Shown here: one piece after another, positions 30,160 to 39,503 of the stretch
Position numbering within the stretch: the stretch's first letter is position 1
Layout: each line of letters begins with the position of its first letter
Assembly: GCA_044225365.1 (NCBI GenBank)
Contig: JBGAIQ010000005.1
Span: 1 to 64,000 of the forward strand
DNA from: Planctomycetota bacterium
GTDB lineage: Bacteria; Planctomycetota; B15-G4; JADJEK01
Length of the DNA: 64,000 nucleotides
Reading direction: 5' to 3'
The notes under the pieces: generated by a model
The model's input: the letters and a program-made list of their open reading frames with translations, nothing else
The model's database searches: none
Told to the model about the DNA's origin: nothing
Translations under genes and position numbers: made by a program

Positions 30160-31284
30160 GTGCGGGATCCTGACCTACCGACGGTCGCGTTCGACGCGAG
30201 CTGCACCGCGAAGCGCGAGCGCACCGGCGTCGGTCGCTATGCGGCGTGTCTACTCGACGCGCTGTTCGCCCGCACGGACGATTCGCGATACACCTTGGGC
30301 TACCGCCTCTCGCGCTGGCGACGCGCCTCGTATCGCTACCGAGCGACGAGTTCGCGAGTCCGCGAGCGCTGGTTCATCGACCATCTCGCTCAAGCGATGC
30401 TCGGACCGCACGACGTCTTCCATGGGCTCGACGCGCGGCTCCCTCGCGGTTGGACCGGCCCGATGGTGGCGACACTGCACGACGTCGGCGCCGTCGAACG
30501 CGCGGAGATCGCGAGCGCGGGGTTCCGCGACAAGAAACTCGCCGCGTACTCCGATCTCGCGCAACGCGCGACCCGGATCATCTGCGTTTCCGATGCGACC
30601 CGCGAAGGGTTTCGCGCTCTCTTCCCGATCCCGGCCGATCGCTTCGCGGTGATCCATCACGGGCTCGAGCCGCGGTTCCGTCCCCCCAAGGCCGACGAAC
30701 TGGCCCGACTCATCACGAAGCACCGCCTCCCGGCGCGCTACTTGTTGTTCGTGGGATTGATCTCGTCGCGCAAGAACCTCGTGCGCGCGGTCGAGGCGTT
30801 CTCACGGATCGCGGCCGACGACGCTTCGATCCACTTCGTCCTGGCCGGCGGCAACGCCCACGGATTCGACGACGTAGGGCACGCGATCGCGTCGAGCGAG
30901 GCCCGTGATCGGATCCGGTTGTTCGGCTACGTCGATGACGCCGACCTCCCCGCGCTGTACGGCGCCGCTCGAGCGCTCATCTTCCCGGGGCTCGCGGAGG
31001 GCTTCGGCATGCCGATGCTCGAGGCGATGGCGTGCGGCACGCCCGTCCTCGCCGCGGATCGGCCGGTCACGCACGAGGTCGTCGGCGACGCGGCGCTCCT
31101 CGCGAACGGCGAAGACGAGGACTCGCTCGCGAATGCGATGAACGCGATCCTTTGCGACGAGGGTCTGCGAACGCGCCTCGTCGAGCGGGGTCTCGCGCGC
31201 GCCTCACGATTCAGTTGGGCGAATGCTGCGGAGGCCACTCTCGCCGTGTATCGTGCCGCCGTCGGACGACCCCAATTGGCTTGA
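30160..31284 (+). CDS. Glycosyltransferase family 4
   Basis: TGVGRY, TLHD, RKNL, EGFGMPMLEAMACGTPV and FSW. Confidence 0.92.
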   Translation: MRDPDLPTVAFDASCTAKRERTGVGRYAACLLDALFARTDDSRYTLGYRLSRWRRASYRYRATSSRVRERWFIDHLAQAMLGPHDVFHGLDARLPRGWTGPMVATLHDVGAVERAEIASAGFRDKKLAAYSDLAQRATRIICVSDATREGFRALFPIPADRFAVIHHGLEPRFRPPKADELARLITKHRLPARYLLFVGLISSRKNLVRAVEAFSRIAADDASIHFVLAGGNAHGFDDVGHAIASSEARDRIRLFGYVDDADLPALYGAARALIFPGLAEGFGMPMLEAMACGTPVLAADRPVTHEVVGDAALLANGEDEDSLANAMNAILCDEGLRTRLVERGLARASRFSWANAAEATLAVYRAAVGRPQLA

Positions 31285-31299
31285 GGCGGGCTTGAGGCC

Positions 31300-33513
31300 A
31301 TGCGATCCACGATCATGAAACGGGTTCCGAACCCGCGCGTCCTCGTCCTTTGTCTGCCGCTCGTGACGGGCTGCAATGGACCCGAACGATCCGGCGTCGA
31401 GGAAGTCTTCAACTTCACGCCGCTCGCCTACTACGAAACGAGTACCTCTCCGCCCGGCTACTCCGTCGACGTGCTGTGGCCGCTCATCAACGCGTATCGC
31501 TCGGGCGATGCGCGCGGCAGCCGGTTCTTCCCGATCTACTCCGAGGATTGCGTCGACGCGGACCACTCCGCGATGCGACTGTTCCTCCTCTACGGCAGAT
31601 CGCAAGACGGCGCGACGCACAGCCATCAACTCTGGCCAATGTACTCGTACACCCAATCGGCGGAGGACAAGTGGAGCTCGATGGTCCTCTTGCTCGCGGG
31701 CTTCTCGCGGGACGGCAGCGAGCACAATCGTTTCTTCTTCCCGTTCTACTTCGATCGCTCGGCGAAGGATGAGAACTGGTTCACGCTCTGGCCGTTCTAC
31801 GGCACATCGAGCCGGGAACTCGCGAGCGGCGCGCAACTACGCCACGATCACGTCGCCTGGCCGCTCTTCCGCTTCGAGAGCTCGAGCGACGACCAGACCT
31901 CGGGCCAGCATCTCCTCTCGCTGCACTTCCTCGCCGGCCTCTACGACGCGTACCGACAACCGATCGAGTCGCTGGATTCCGAGGGCCGATCGAAATCCGC
32001 GGGAAGTCGTTCGAGCAGCGTCATCGGCTGGATCCTGGGACCGGTATTCAGCCTCTTCCACGCCTACGACGATTCCGTCGAGCAGGTAAGCGGCTTCACG
32101 CTGCTCTCGCTCTTCAACAAGCGAGTCTCCCGCCATTTCGACATGGGCAGCGACAACGACTCGGATGAGAAGGTCGATCTCGCGCTCGTCTCGAGTCGCA
32201 CGGAGATGCACGAGAACGGCGAGTATCACCACAGCCAGCTCTTCCCGATCTACAGCAACACCTCACAGCCGGGCGGCGCGACCGAGACCTGGGTCATCAC
32301 TCCGCTCTACCGACACGCCGCCGATCCGCAGTTGAACAAGAGCGAGCACGACGTGCTCTTCGGGCTCTGGCACTACGGCGTCGAGGGCGACGGCGCTACC
32401 CGCGCCACGAGCTGGCGCCTCCTGCCGCTCCTCTGGTTCACGACCCGCCCCGACTCCGAGACGTCGCTCGTCCTGCCGTTCTACTACCACATCCAGGACA
32501 AGGACTCCGACTACCTCCACGTCATCCCGTTCTACGGGAAGAACACGGAGGCCGGCGGCAAGAAGACGACGACGTTCGTCCTCACCCCGCTCTACATCGG
32601 CACCCACGACGAACGCACCCGCCTCGAACAAACCGACGTCCTCTTCCCGCTCATCTCCTGGCAGCACTCGAACAACGGGTCACTGAGCCGATTCACGCCG
32701 CTGTGGTACTACGAAGAAGCCGGCGCCCGCACGCACTGGAACTCCTTGCTCCTCGTCGACCGCACGACGTCGGAGATCGAGAGCTCGACGCTCGTCTACC
32801 CGCTGTGGGAGGATCGCACGGTCCGCGGCGAAGGACGCCGCCGCTCCCTGTTTCCGATCTTCGACTTCGTCCGTCACCTGCAGGACGACGCACCGAAGGG
32901 CGACGAGTTCGCGACGCTCTTCCCACTCGCGAGCTTCCGCACCGACGGCGAATCGAGCAACCGCTGGATCTTCCCGTTCTACTTCTGGAGCGACGACGCC
33001 GCGGGCCACAGCAACAAGATGATCTGGCCGTTCTTCGGCACGAAGCGCGACTCCGACCACGTGACGCGATCGGTGATCTGGCCCTTCTTCTTCTGGGGCA
33101 GCGATTCGACCGGTGATTGGTCCGAGACCGGAATCCTCTATCCACTGTTCGCCTCGTCGCACGATCGTCGCGACGCGACGACCCGCGATCACAGCCACCT
33201 CTTCCCCCTCTACTGGTCGACCTCGGGCGAGAACGAGACCGGACCGTGGAGCTTCGACTGGGTCCTGTGGCCGCTGTGGCAACACGAGCGCAAGGCGAAC
33301 GGGGAGATCTGCGCGCACTCGCTGTTCAAACTCGGCGAATACGAACTCTCACCCGACGGCACGACGGAGGAGTTCTCGATCCTCCACGCGGTCTACCGCT
33401 ACCACCGCGAAGGCGACGACGTGCTGCGGAGCGTGCCGTTCTTGTTCCGTTACGAACGGGAGAAGGGCGAGAGCACGCTGTACCTGTTCCACTTCATTCC
33501 GATCGGGCTTTGA
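31300..33513 (+). CDS. Putative lipoprotein with about 25 aromatic [LI][WF]P[FLI][YF] repeats
   Basis: Lipobox-like LVTGC; periodic LWPFY, LFPIY and IWPFF motifs throughout. Confidence 0.7.
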   Translation: MRSTIMKRVPNPRVLVLCLPLVTGCNGPERSGVEEVFNFTPLAYYETSTSPPGYSVDVLWPLINAYRSGDARGSRFFPIYSEDCVDADHSAMRLFLLYGRSQDGATHSHQLWPMYSYTQSAEDKWSSMVLLLAGFSRDGSEHNRFFFPFYFDRSAKDENWFTLWPFYGTSSRELASGAQLRHDHVAWPLFRFESSSDDQTSGQHLLSLHFLAGLYDAYRQPIESLDSEGRSKSAGSRSSSVIGWILGPVFSLFHAYDDSVEQVSGFTLLSLFNKRVSRHFDMGSDNDSDEKVDLALVSSRTEMHENGEYHHSQLFPIYSNTSQPGGATETWVITPLYRHAADPQLNKSEHDVLFGLWHYGVEGDGATRATSWRLLPLLWFTTRPDSETSLVLPFYYHIQDKDSDYLHVIPFYGKNTEAGGKKTTTFVLTPLYIGTHDERTRLEQTDVLFPLISWQHSNNGSLSRFTPLWYYEEAGARTHWNSLLLVDRTTSEIESSTLVYPLWEDRTVRGEGRRRSLFPIFDFVRHLQDDAPKGDEFATLFPLASFRTDGESSNRWIFPFYFWSDDAAGHSNKMIWPFFGTKRDSDHVTRSVIWPFFFWGSDSTGDWSETGILYPLFASSHDRRDATTRDHSHLFPLYWSTSGENETGPWSFDWVLWPLWQHERKANGEICAHSLFKLGEYELSPDGTTEEFSILHAVYRYHREGDDVLRSVPFLFRYEREKGESTLYLFHFIPIGL

Positions 33514-33535
33514 GCGAGGCGAACGCGGGAGAAGA

Positions 33536-33799
33536 GCGTACGTCGGTCTCGGGCGCGGTCTCGTACATCGGGCTCGTACATCGGTCTCGGGCGCGGTCTC
33601 GGTCTCGGGCTCGGTCTCGGTCTCGGTCTCGTACGTCGTACATCGGTCTCGGTCTCGGTCTCGTACGTCGGTCTCGGTCTCGTACGTCGTACATCGGTCT
33701 CGGTCTCGCACGTCGTGCTCGTACATCGGTCTCGGTCTCGTACGTCGGGCTCGGGCGCGGACGTCGAACGTGGTTCGACGTACATCGGACTTGGGCGCG
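33536..33799. repeat. Mosaic short tandem repeat (GGTCTC/GGGCTC hexamers mixed with GTAC[AG]TC heptamers)
   Basis: Visible directly in the sequence between convergent genes. Confidence 0.9.
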
Positions 33800-34186
33800 T
33801 CACTGGCCCGCTGGGGGTTGCCACAATTCGAGCTTGTTGCCGTCGGGATCGGTGACCCAGCCGAATTTGCCATACTCGGATTCTTCGACCTTGTCCGCGA
33901 CGTCGCAACCTTCGGCGCGGAGTGCGGCCAAGACGGCGTGGAGATCCTCGACGCGGTAGTTGATCATGAAGCTCGCTTCACTCGGCGCGAAGTACTTCGT
34001 GTCGTGCGGGAACGGGCTCCACACCGTCGTCCCCGTTCCCGTCGGGTTCTCCGGCCCGGCCCACTTGAACGCGACGCCACCCCACGCCTCGACGTTCATT
34101 CCGAGGTGAACGCGGTACCACTCCCCGAGCGCCTTCGGATCCTTGGACTTGAAGAACACGCCACCGATCCCAACGACACGCTTCAT
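33800..34186 (-). CDS. VOC/glyoxalase family protein
   Basis: GIGGVFF, WY...LG, MINYRVEDL and GKFGWVTDPDGNKLELWQP. Confidence 0.92.
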   Translation of the reverse strand: MKRVVGIGGVFFKSKDPKALGEWYRVHLGMNVEAWGGVAFKWAGPENPTGTGTTVWSPFPHDTKYFAPSEASFMINYRVEDLHAVLAALRAEGCDVADKVEESEYGKFGWVTDPDGNKLELWQPPAGQ

Positions 34187-34268
34187 CTCGAATTCCTACA
34201 CGAAGTGAACCTGCGCTCGAATCCTACACGACCGCCACGTCCTCGACCGTCCCAGGCGAAGCGAAGAG

Positions 34269-34676
34269 TCAGCGATCGCTCGCAGTACGCCTCAGCAACA
34301 AACGCGTGCGGGGTGTCGCCACTTCGTCGAAGTAGAACGCGAGCGCGCCTGGCAAACAGCACACGATGGACGCGAACGAGTGACGCTCGCATTCGTCGAT
34401 CGCGTCTTCGAGCGGAAGGTCGCGACCATCCAGCAAGGGCGAATCGGACATGATGTGAACCTGGGCCGGTGCTCCCGCGCTTCGTAGCACGTCCAACGCT
34501 TCGTTGGACGATCTCGCGGGATGTACGAATCGAACATCCCAATCGACGAAATGGTTGAGAACGGACCTCGCGCGATCACGTCCCCTCGCATTCCCAAACA
34601 GTGCGATCAACCGTTCGCGCTTCTTCTTCTCGACGAAGGCTCGCAGCGTCGCTGCTTCGGCTGGATGAATGGCCAT
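34269..34676 (-). CDS. Hypothetical protein
   Basis: Protein-like 135-aa ORF preceded by a GAGAGAAG purine tract; GC lower than its neighbours. Confidence 0.65.
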   Translation of the reverse strand: MAIHPAEAATLRAFVEKKKRERLIALFGNARGRDRARSVLNHFVDWDVRFVHPARSSNEALDVLRSAGAPAQVHIMSDSPLLDGRDLPLEDAIDECERHSFASIVCCLPGALAFYFDEVATPRTRLLLRRTASDR

Positions 34677-34687
34677 CTTCTCTCACA

Positions 34688-34777
34688 CGTCCGACGTACG
34701 ACTACGAGTCCCACGTACGAGACCGATCTAATAGACCGGGACTCACGTACGAAACCGAGTCCGAGTCCGACGTACGC
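34688..34777. repeat. Degenerate inverted copy of the 33.5 kb mosaic repeat
   Basis: Units GACGTAC, GAGTCC and GAGACC are reverse complements of GTACGTC, GGACTC and GGTCTC. Confidence 0.7.
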
Positions 34778-34792
34778 CCCTCTCCCGTCCTG

Positions 34793-36220
34793 TCAGACCC
34801 CTCGGATCCACTCCGTCACCAAATCCATCACGCTCTCCTCCATGGTGGTCTCGATGACGGCGTATTCGCTCGGTGCCCCCGTCGTCGACTTTTGGAACAG
34901 GTGATTCAGATCCGGCAGTATCCTCGCAGTGGTGTGCGTGTTGCCGCCCTTCCTCAGAGCGGCTTCGATCGCGGGGATGTTCATGGTCGCGGGGACCTGA
35001 AGATCCTTCGCGCCGTTGAGTGCCAGGACGGGGCATTTCACTTGGACGAGGTATTCTTGCGGATCGATCGCGAAGAAAGCCTTGAACCAAGGTGAGTTGA
35101 TCTCGCGGGCGGTCTGCGCGGCGTCCTCGTAGATCCACTTCTCGCCGGGCGGGCTCTTCTCGAGGCCGCGCTTCAATAGTTCGTCGAGCTTCGCGCCGAG
35201 TTCGGGACCGACGGGAACGGAAATGGCGAGGTCGATCATGGCGGCGCTGAGCTTCGCTTCGATCTCCACCTGGTCCTTCGGCTTGCCGTTCGCGAGGGAG
35301 ATGAGGCGACCCTGTTCGATCGAGATCTCGCGCCCGGACACGCCGGTGCCCGCGAGCAGGACGATGAATCCGACGTCCGCGCTCTTCGTCGCACAGATCG
35401 GCGCGATGAGACCACCCTCGCTGTGACCGATGAGGCCGATGCGCTTCGTGTCGATCTCGGGCCGCGACTTCAGGAACGCGACGCCCCCGAGTGCGTCGTC
35501 CGCGAAATCGAAGCTGGTCGAGGATTCGAATCGCCCCGTCGAGCCGCCGATCCCGCGATCGTCGGCGCGCAGCACGGCGATGCCGTGACGCGCGAGATGA
35601 TCCGCGAGGACGAGGAAAGGTTTGTGCCCGAGCAGGCTCTCGTCGCGGTCCTGTTGACCCGAGCCCGTGATGAGGACGACCGCCGGGAAGGGCGGCTTCA
35701 TGCCTTCGCCGTTCGGAATGAAGAGCGTGCCACCGAGGGAGATCGAGTCGTTCAGACTGTCGTAGTCGACGTCCTCGCTCTGATACGGGAACGGCGGCTT
35801 CGGAGTCTGCGGGCGCGCGAGGTCGGCCAGTCGCTCCGTTCGCTTCAGCTCAAGAGGTACGGCGGCGCCACCCTGCTTGAACTCACCCGCGATCTTCGAT
35901 CCCGCACCGTCGAGCTGACCGGAATACTCGATGCCGAACTTGCGCACGACGAAGCGCACGCTCGCGGCGTCGCACGTCGTCTCGTCGACCGGAATCGCCT
36001 TCAGTCCCTGATCGATGCTGTCCATCGTCGACTGTAACGCACCGTTCGTCCCGCGCGTGACGAGGAAGCCGATGCGAAGCGTCATCGACTGTACCGTGAT
36101 GCGCCCTTCCCAGGCTCCGACGATCTCCGCGCGTCGAAGGGCAAGGCCCGATGCATCCCGTAGCAGCACCGATGCGAACAGAGCGACCAGAAGAGCGACG
36201 TGGGAGCGAACGGTATGCAT
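34793..36220 (-). CDS. Secreted alpha/beta hydrolase with N-terminal beta domain
   Basis: TGSGQQDRDE, DDRGIG, nucleophile GHSEGG, KDLQV and LNHLFQ. Confidence 0.88.
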   Translation of the reverse strand: MHTVRSHVALLVALFASVLLRDASGLALRRAEIVGAWEGRITVQSMTLRIGFLVTRGTNGALQSTMDSIDQGLKAIPVDETTCDAASVRFVVRKFGIEYSGQLDGAGSKIAGEFKQGGAAVPLELKRTERLADLARPQTPKPPFPYQSEDVDYDSLNDSISLGGTLFIPNGEGMKPPFPAVVLITGSGQQDRDESLLGHKPFLVLADHLARHGIAVLRADDRGIGGSTGRFESSTSFDFADDALGGVAFLKSRPEIDTKRIGLIGHSEGGLIAPICATKSADVGFIVLLAGTGVSGREISIEQGRLISLANGKPKDQVEIEAKLSAAMIDLAISVPVGPELGAKLDELLKRGLEKSPPGEKWIYEDAAQTAREINSPWFKAFFAIDPQEYLVQVKCPVLALNGAKDLQVPATMNIPAIEAALRKGGNTHTTARILPDLNHLFQKSTTGAPSEYAVIETTMEESVMDLVTEWIRGV

Positions 36221-36374
36221 GGAGAGTTCCGCTTCGATTCGTCTTTCGTTCCCCGGGGTCGTCACCGCGCCGACTGCGCAGCCTCCCGAGTGCTGGGGGG
36301 AACGCCAGCATCCTTCTCGGAGTTCCCGGATTCAACCCCTCGCAACCGCACCCTCCATCCGTTGAAATGACCCC

Positions 36375-39300
36375 ATGGCGCCAGCGATCCATACTGCGCA
36401 TCCATTCTTCGACAGCCTGATGCGTCGGCCGGTTTCGGCCTTCATGTCGCTCTGCCTCATCTTCCTGCTCGGCTTCGTCGCCTATCGGCGCATTCCGCTC
36501 ACGCTGATGCCGTCGGGACTCTCCGACCCGACGATGCAGATCGAGATTCCGTACTCGAACGCCTCGCCCGAGGAGGTCTACGAGCACGTGACGAAACCGA
36601 TCGAGGACGCGGTCCGCCAGCTCTCGGGAATCGAACACGTCGAGTCGACCTCCAGCGCCGGTCGCGGACGTGTGAGCGTCTCGTTCCACGGCGACGTCGA
36701 CCTCGACGCCGCGTACGCCGACTTGAAGGATCGCCTCGAACGCGTCCGCGCCACGCTGCCCGAGGGCTCCGACAAGCCCGTGATCTTTCGCTGGAACAGC
36801 GACGTTGCACTCCCGATCTTCTGGATCGGCGTCCAATTCGAACCCTCGCTCGAGGATCCATACCACCTCGTCGAGGAGGTTCTGCAGAAGCGAATCGAAT
36901 CCGTCGATGGCGTCGCGCAGGTCGGTCTCGAGGGTATGGTGCAGGACACCGTGCGGGTCTTCGTCGCGCCCGACAAGCTGCGAGCGCACGGCATCACGCT
37001 CTACGAAGTCGTCGACAAACTGCGCCGCGACAACTTCGTGTTGCCTTCGGGACACATCGACGACGCCGGCCGCCAGTTCCTCCTGCGGGTCGACACCACG
37101 TACTCCGATCTCGAGGAGGTCCGCAACTACCCGCTCAAGCCCGGTCTCTACGTGAAGGACGTCGCCGACGTCCGCTTCGCCCGGGCGTACCGCGACACGG
37201 TGAGCCGCGTCAATGGCAAGCGCGCGCTCACGATGACGATCAGCAAGGAGTCCGACAAGAACACCGTCGCCGTGTGTGCGGCGGTACGCAGCATGCTCGA
37301 CGAGCTGCGGCACGACGATCGACTCAAAGGCTTCGAGTACTCGATCTACTTCGACCAATCGAAGCTGATCGTCGGAGCGCTCGACGACCTCAAGTCGTCG
37401 CTCCTGTTCGGAGCCTTCTTCTCCGTGCTCGTGCTCTTCGTCTTCGTGCGTCGCGTCGGCATCACCGCGCTCGTCTCGCTCGCGATCCCGATCTCGCTGC
37501 TCTCCGCGGTCATCGGGCTCTACTTCACGGGCTTCACGCTCAACATCGTGTCGCTCGCCGGCATCACGCTCGCCACCGGCATGCTGGTCGACGATTCGAT
37601 CGTGGTCACGGAGAACGTGTTGCGCCTGCGCGCCGAGGGCCGCAACCCGCTCCATGCCGCGGCGGTCGGCACGGGCCAGGTCGCGATCGCGATCATCCTG
37701 TCGACCCTGACGTCGATCGTCGTCTTCGCGCCCCTCGTCTTCATGTCGGGCGGCAAGTCGACTCGCGCGCTGCTCGCCGAACTCGGCGCCCCCATCACCT
37801 ACTCGCTTCTCGCTTCGCTCTTCGTCGCGCTCTTCCTCCTGCCCATCACGATCGTGATGTTCTCGCGCTTCGAGAAGAAGACCGAGAACGTGTTCGACCT
37901 GCCGACCGACACCCGATTCCATCGGGCGTACCGGCGCGTCCTGGCGCTCGCCGTCAAGAACCGCTTCGTCACCGCCGCCGCGATCCTCGCCATGCTCCAG
38001 CTCGGGGCCGTGGCGTTCAAGCACGTCGACATGAACTTCGAGGATCGCAAGGAGGGCGGCGGGCGCCTGCGCATCACGATCGATCTCCCGGATCGCTACA
38101 CGATCGAAGAAGCCTCCGACACCTTCGCCGAGTACGAGAAGTTCCTCGTCGCGCGCCGCAAGGAGGACAAGGTCCGCGACGTGAGCTCGCGATTCACGCG
38201 CCAGGAAGGGCGACTGCTGCTCTGGTTCGAGGACGGCGCTCCGAAGGGCTGGGAGAAGACTCTGTCGAAGACGCTGGCCGAGGTCATGCCGAAGGTCCCC
38301 GGAGTTCGACTCTCCTACGGCTTCGAACAGGGCGGCGAGCAGGGCAGCATGAGGATCGAGCTGCAAGGTCGCGACAGCGTCACGCTCGGCCGTCTGTCGC
38401 GAGACGTCATCCGCGAACTCGAAAAGCTCCCTGAACTCTCGGACGTGAAGACCGACACCGCCGATGGCCTCGACGAACTCCACGTGGCGTTCGACCGCGA
38501 GGAGACGCTGCGCTACGGGGTCACCCAGGAAGTGCTGCTCGGCCTCATCTCGTGGGGTATCGGCAGCCAGCAGCTCTCGCCGTTCAAGACGGCGACCCGT
38601 GAGATCCCGATGCTCGTCGAGTACGAAGATCCCGACGTCGGAGATCTCTCGTACCTGAAATCGCTCGAGGTGCCCGTCGGCGCGGGTGGCAACGTCACGC
38701 TGGGATCCCTCGGTCATTTCGAGATCGAGAAGAACTACGGCTCGATCCGCCGCCGCGACGGGATCGTGAATCTGCCGATCAGCGCCCAGAGCTACGACTC
38801 GAACGGGTATCGCGTGAATCGACGAGTCGCCGAAGTGCTCGACGCGTTCCCGTTTCCCGAGGGCTACACCTGGACGAATCGAGGAAAGCAGCAGGATTTC
38901 GAAGAGAGCAAGTCGGAGATCTCGCTCGCGTTCCTCGTGGGCGTCGTGTTCGTGTTCCTGCTCATGGGAATGCTGTTCGAGTCGTTCATCCTGCCCTTCG
39001 CCGTGATGCTGACGATTCCGCTCGCCGTCGTCGGCGGCGCCTTCGCGCTCGTACTCACCAAGACTCCGCTCGACGTCACGGGCATGCTCGCATTCGTGCT
39101 GCTCGCCGGAATCGTCGCGAAGAACGGGATCGTGCTCGTCGATCGAATCCAGCAGCTTCGGCACGCAGGAATCGCGCGATTCGATGCCGTGCTCGACGGC
39201 TGCTGCGAGCGACTGCGCCCTGTCATCATGACCGCGCTCACGACGATCTTCGGCCTGCTTCCGATGGCGATGCCCGAGCTGTTCGCAGCGACATCGGGTG

Positions 39301-39503
39301 CGGGAGGGATCGACTACCGCGGGCTCGCGATCGTCACGCTGGGCGGGATGATCCTCTCCACCGCGCTCACCCTGCTCGTGGTTCCGATGTTCTACACCGT
39401 GTTCGACGACTTCTGGATCCTGATCGTCTCGATGTTCAAGAAGCCGACCGCAACCGAGGATGCCGCTCTCGTCGAGCGCGAGACGACGGAAGGCACACCA
39501 TGA
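36375..39503 (+). CDS. RND efflux permease (AcrB/AcrD/AcrF family)
   Basis: 1042 aa; GMLVDDSIVVTEN, GIVAKNGIVLVD and RLRPVIMTALTT. Confidence 0.93.
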   Translation: MAPAIHTAHPFFDSLMRRPVSAFMSLCLIFLLGFVAYRRIPLTLMPSGLSDPTMQIEIPYSNASPEEVYEHVTKPIEDAVRQLSGIEHVESTSSAGRGRVSVSFHGDVDLDAAYADLKDRLERVRATLPEGSDKPVIFRWNSDVALPIFWIGVQFEPSLEDPYHLVEEVLQKRIESVDGVAQVGLEGMVQDTVRVFVAPDKLRAHGITLYEVVDKLRRDNFVLPSGHIDDAGRQFLLRVDTTYSDLEEVRNYPLKPGLYVKDVADVRFARAYRDTVSRVNGKRALTMTISKESDKNTVAVCAAVRSMLDELRHDDRLKGFEYSIYFDQSKLIVGALDDLKSSLLFGAFFSVLVLFVFVRRVGITALVSLAIPISLLSAVIGLYFTGFTLNIVSLAGITLATGMLVDDSIVVTENVLRLRAEGRNPLHAAAVGTGQVAIAIILSTLTSIVVFAPLVFMSGGKSTRALLAELGAPITYSLLASLFVALFLLPITIVMFSRFEKKTENVFDLPTDTRFHRAYRRVLALAVKNRFVTAAAILAMLQLGAVAFKHVDMNFEDRKEGGGRLRITIDLPDRYTIEEASDTFAEYEKFLVARRKEDKVRDVSSRFTRQEGRLLLWFEDGAPKGWEKTLSKTLAEVMPKVPGVRLSYGFEQGGEQGSMRIELQGRDSVTLGRLSRDVIRELEKLPELSDVKTDTADGLDELHVAFDREETLRYGVTQEVLLGLISWGIGSQQLSPFKTATREIPMLVEYEDPDVGDLSYLKSLEVPVGAGGNVTLGSLGHFEIEKNYGSIRRRDGIVNLPISAQSYDSNGYRVNRRVAEVLDAFPFPEGYTWTNRGKQQDFEESKSEISLAFLVGVVFVFLLMGMLFESFILPFAVMLTIPLAVVGGAFALVLTKTPLDVTGMLAFVLLAGIVAKNGIVLVDRIQQLRHAGIARFDAVLDGCCERLRPVIMTALTTIFGLLPMAMPELFAATSGAGGIDYRGLAIVTLGGMILSTALTLLVVPMFYTVFDDFWILIVSMFKKPTATEDAALVERETTEGTP

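Noticed and set aside
33536-33799. Possible CRISPR array or coding repeat (YETETETDV / RSRSR ORFs)
   Set aside because: Units are 6-7 bp with no unique spacers and no cas genes; the translations are low-complexity in all frames.
35883-39164. 1093-aa minus-strand ORF, and similar long ORFs at 6196-8802, 52832-55273, 17160-19142 and 44195-46747
   Set aside because: Shadow ORFs opposite well-supported genes. They are Arg/Ala-rich with no motifs, as expected when stop codons are scarce at high GC.
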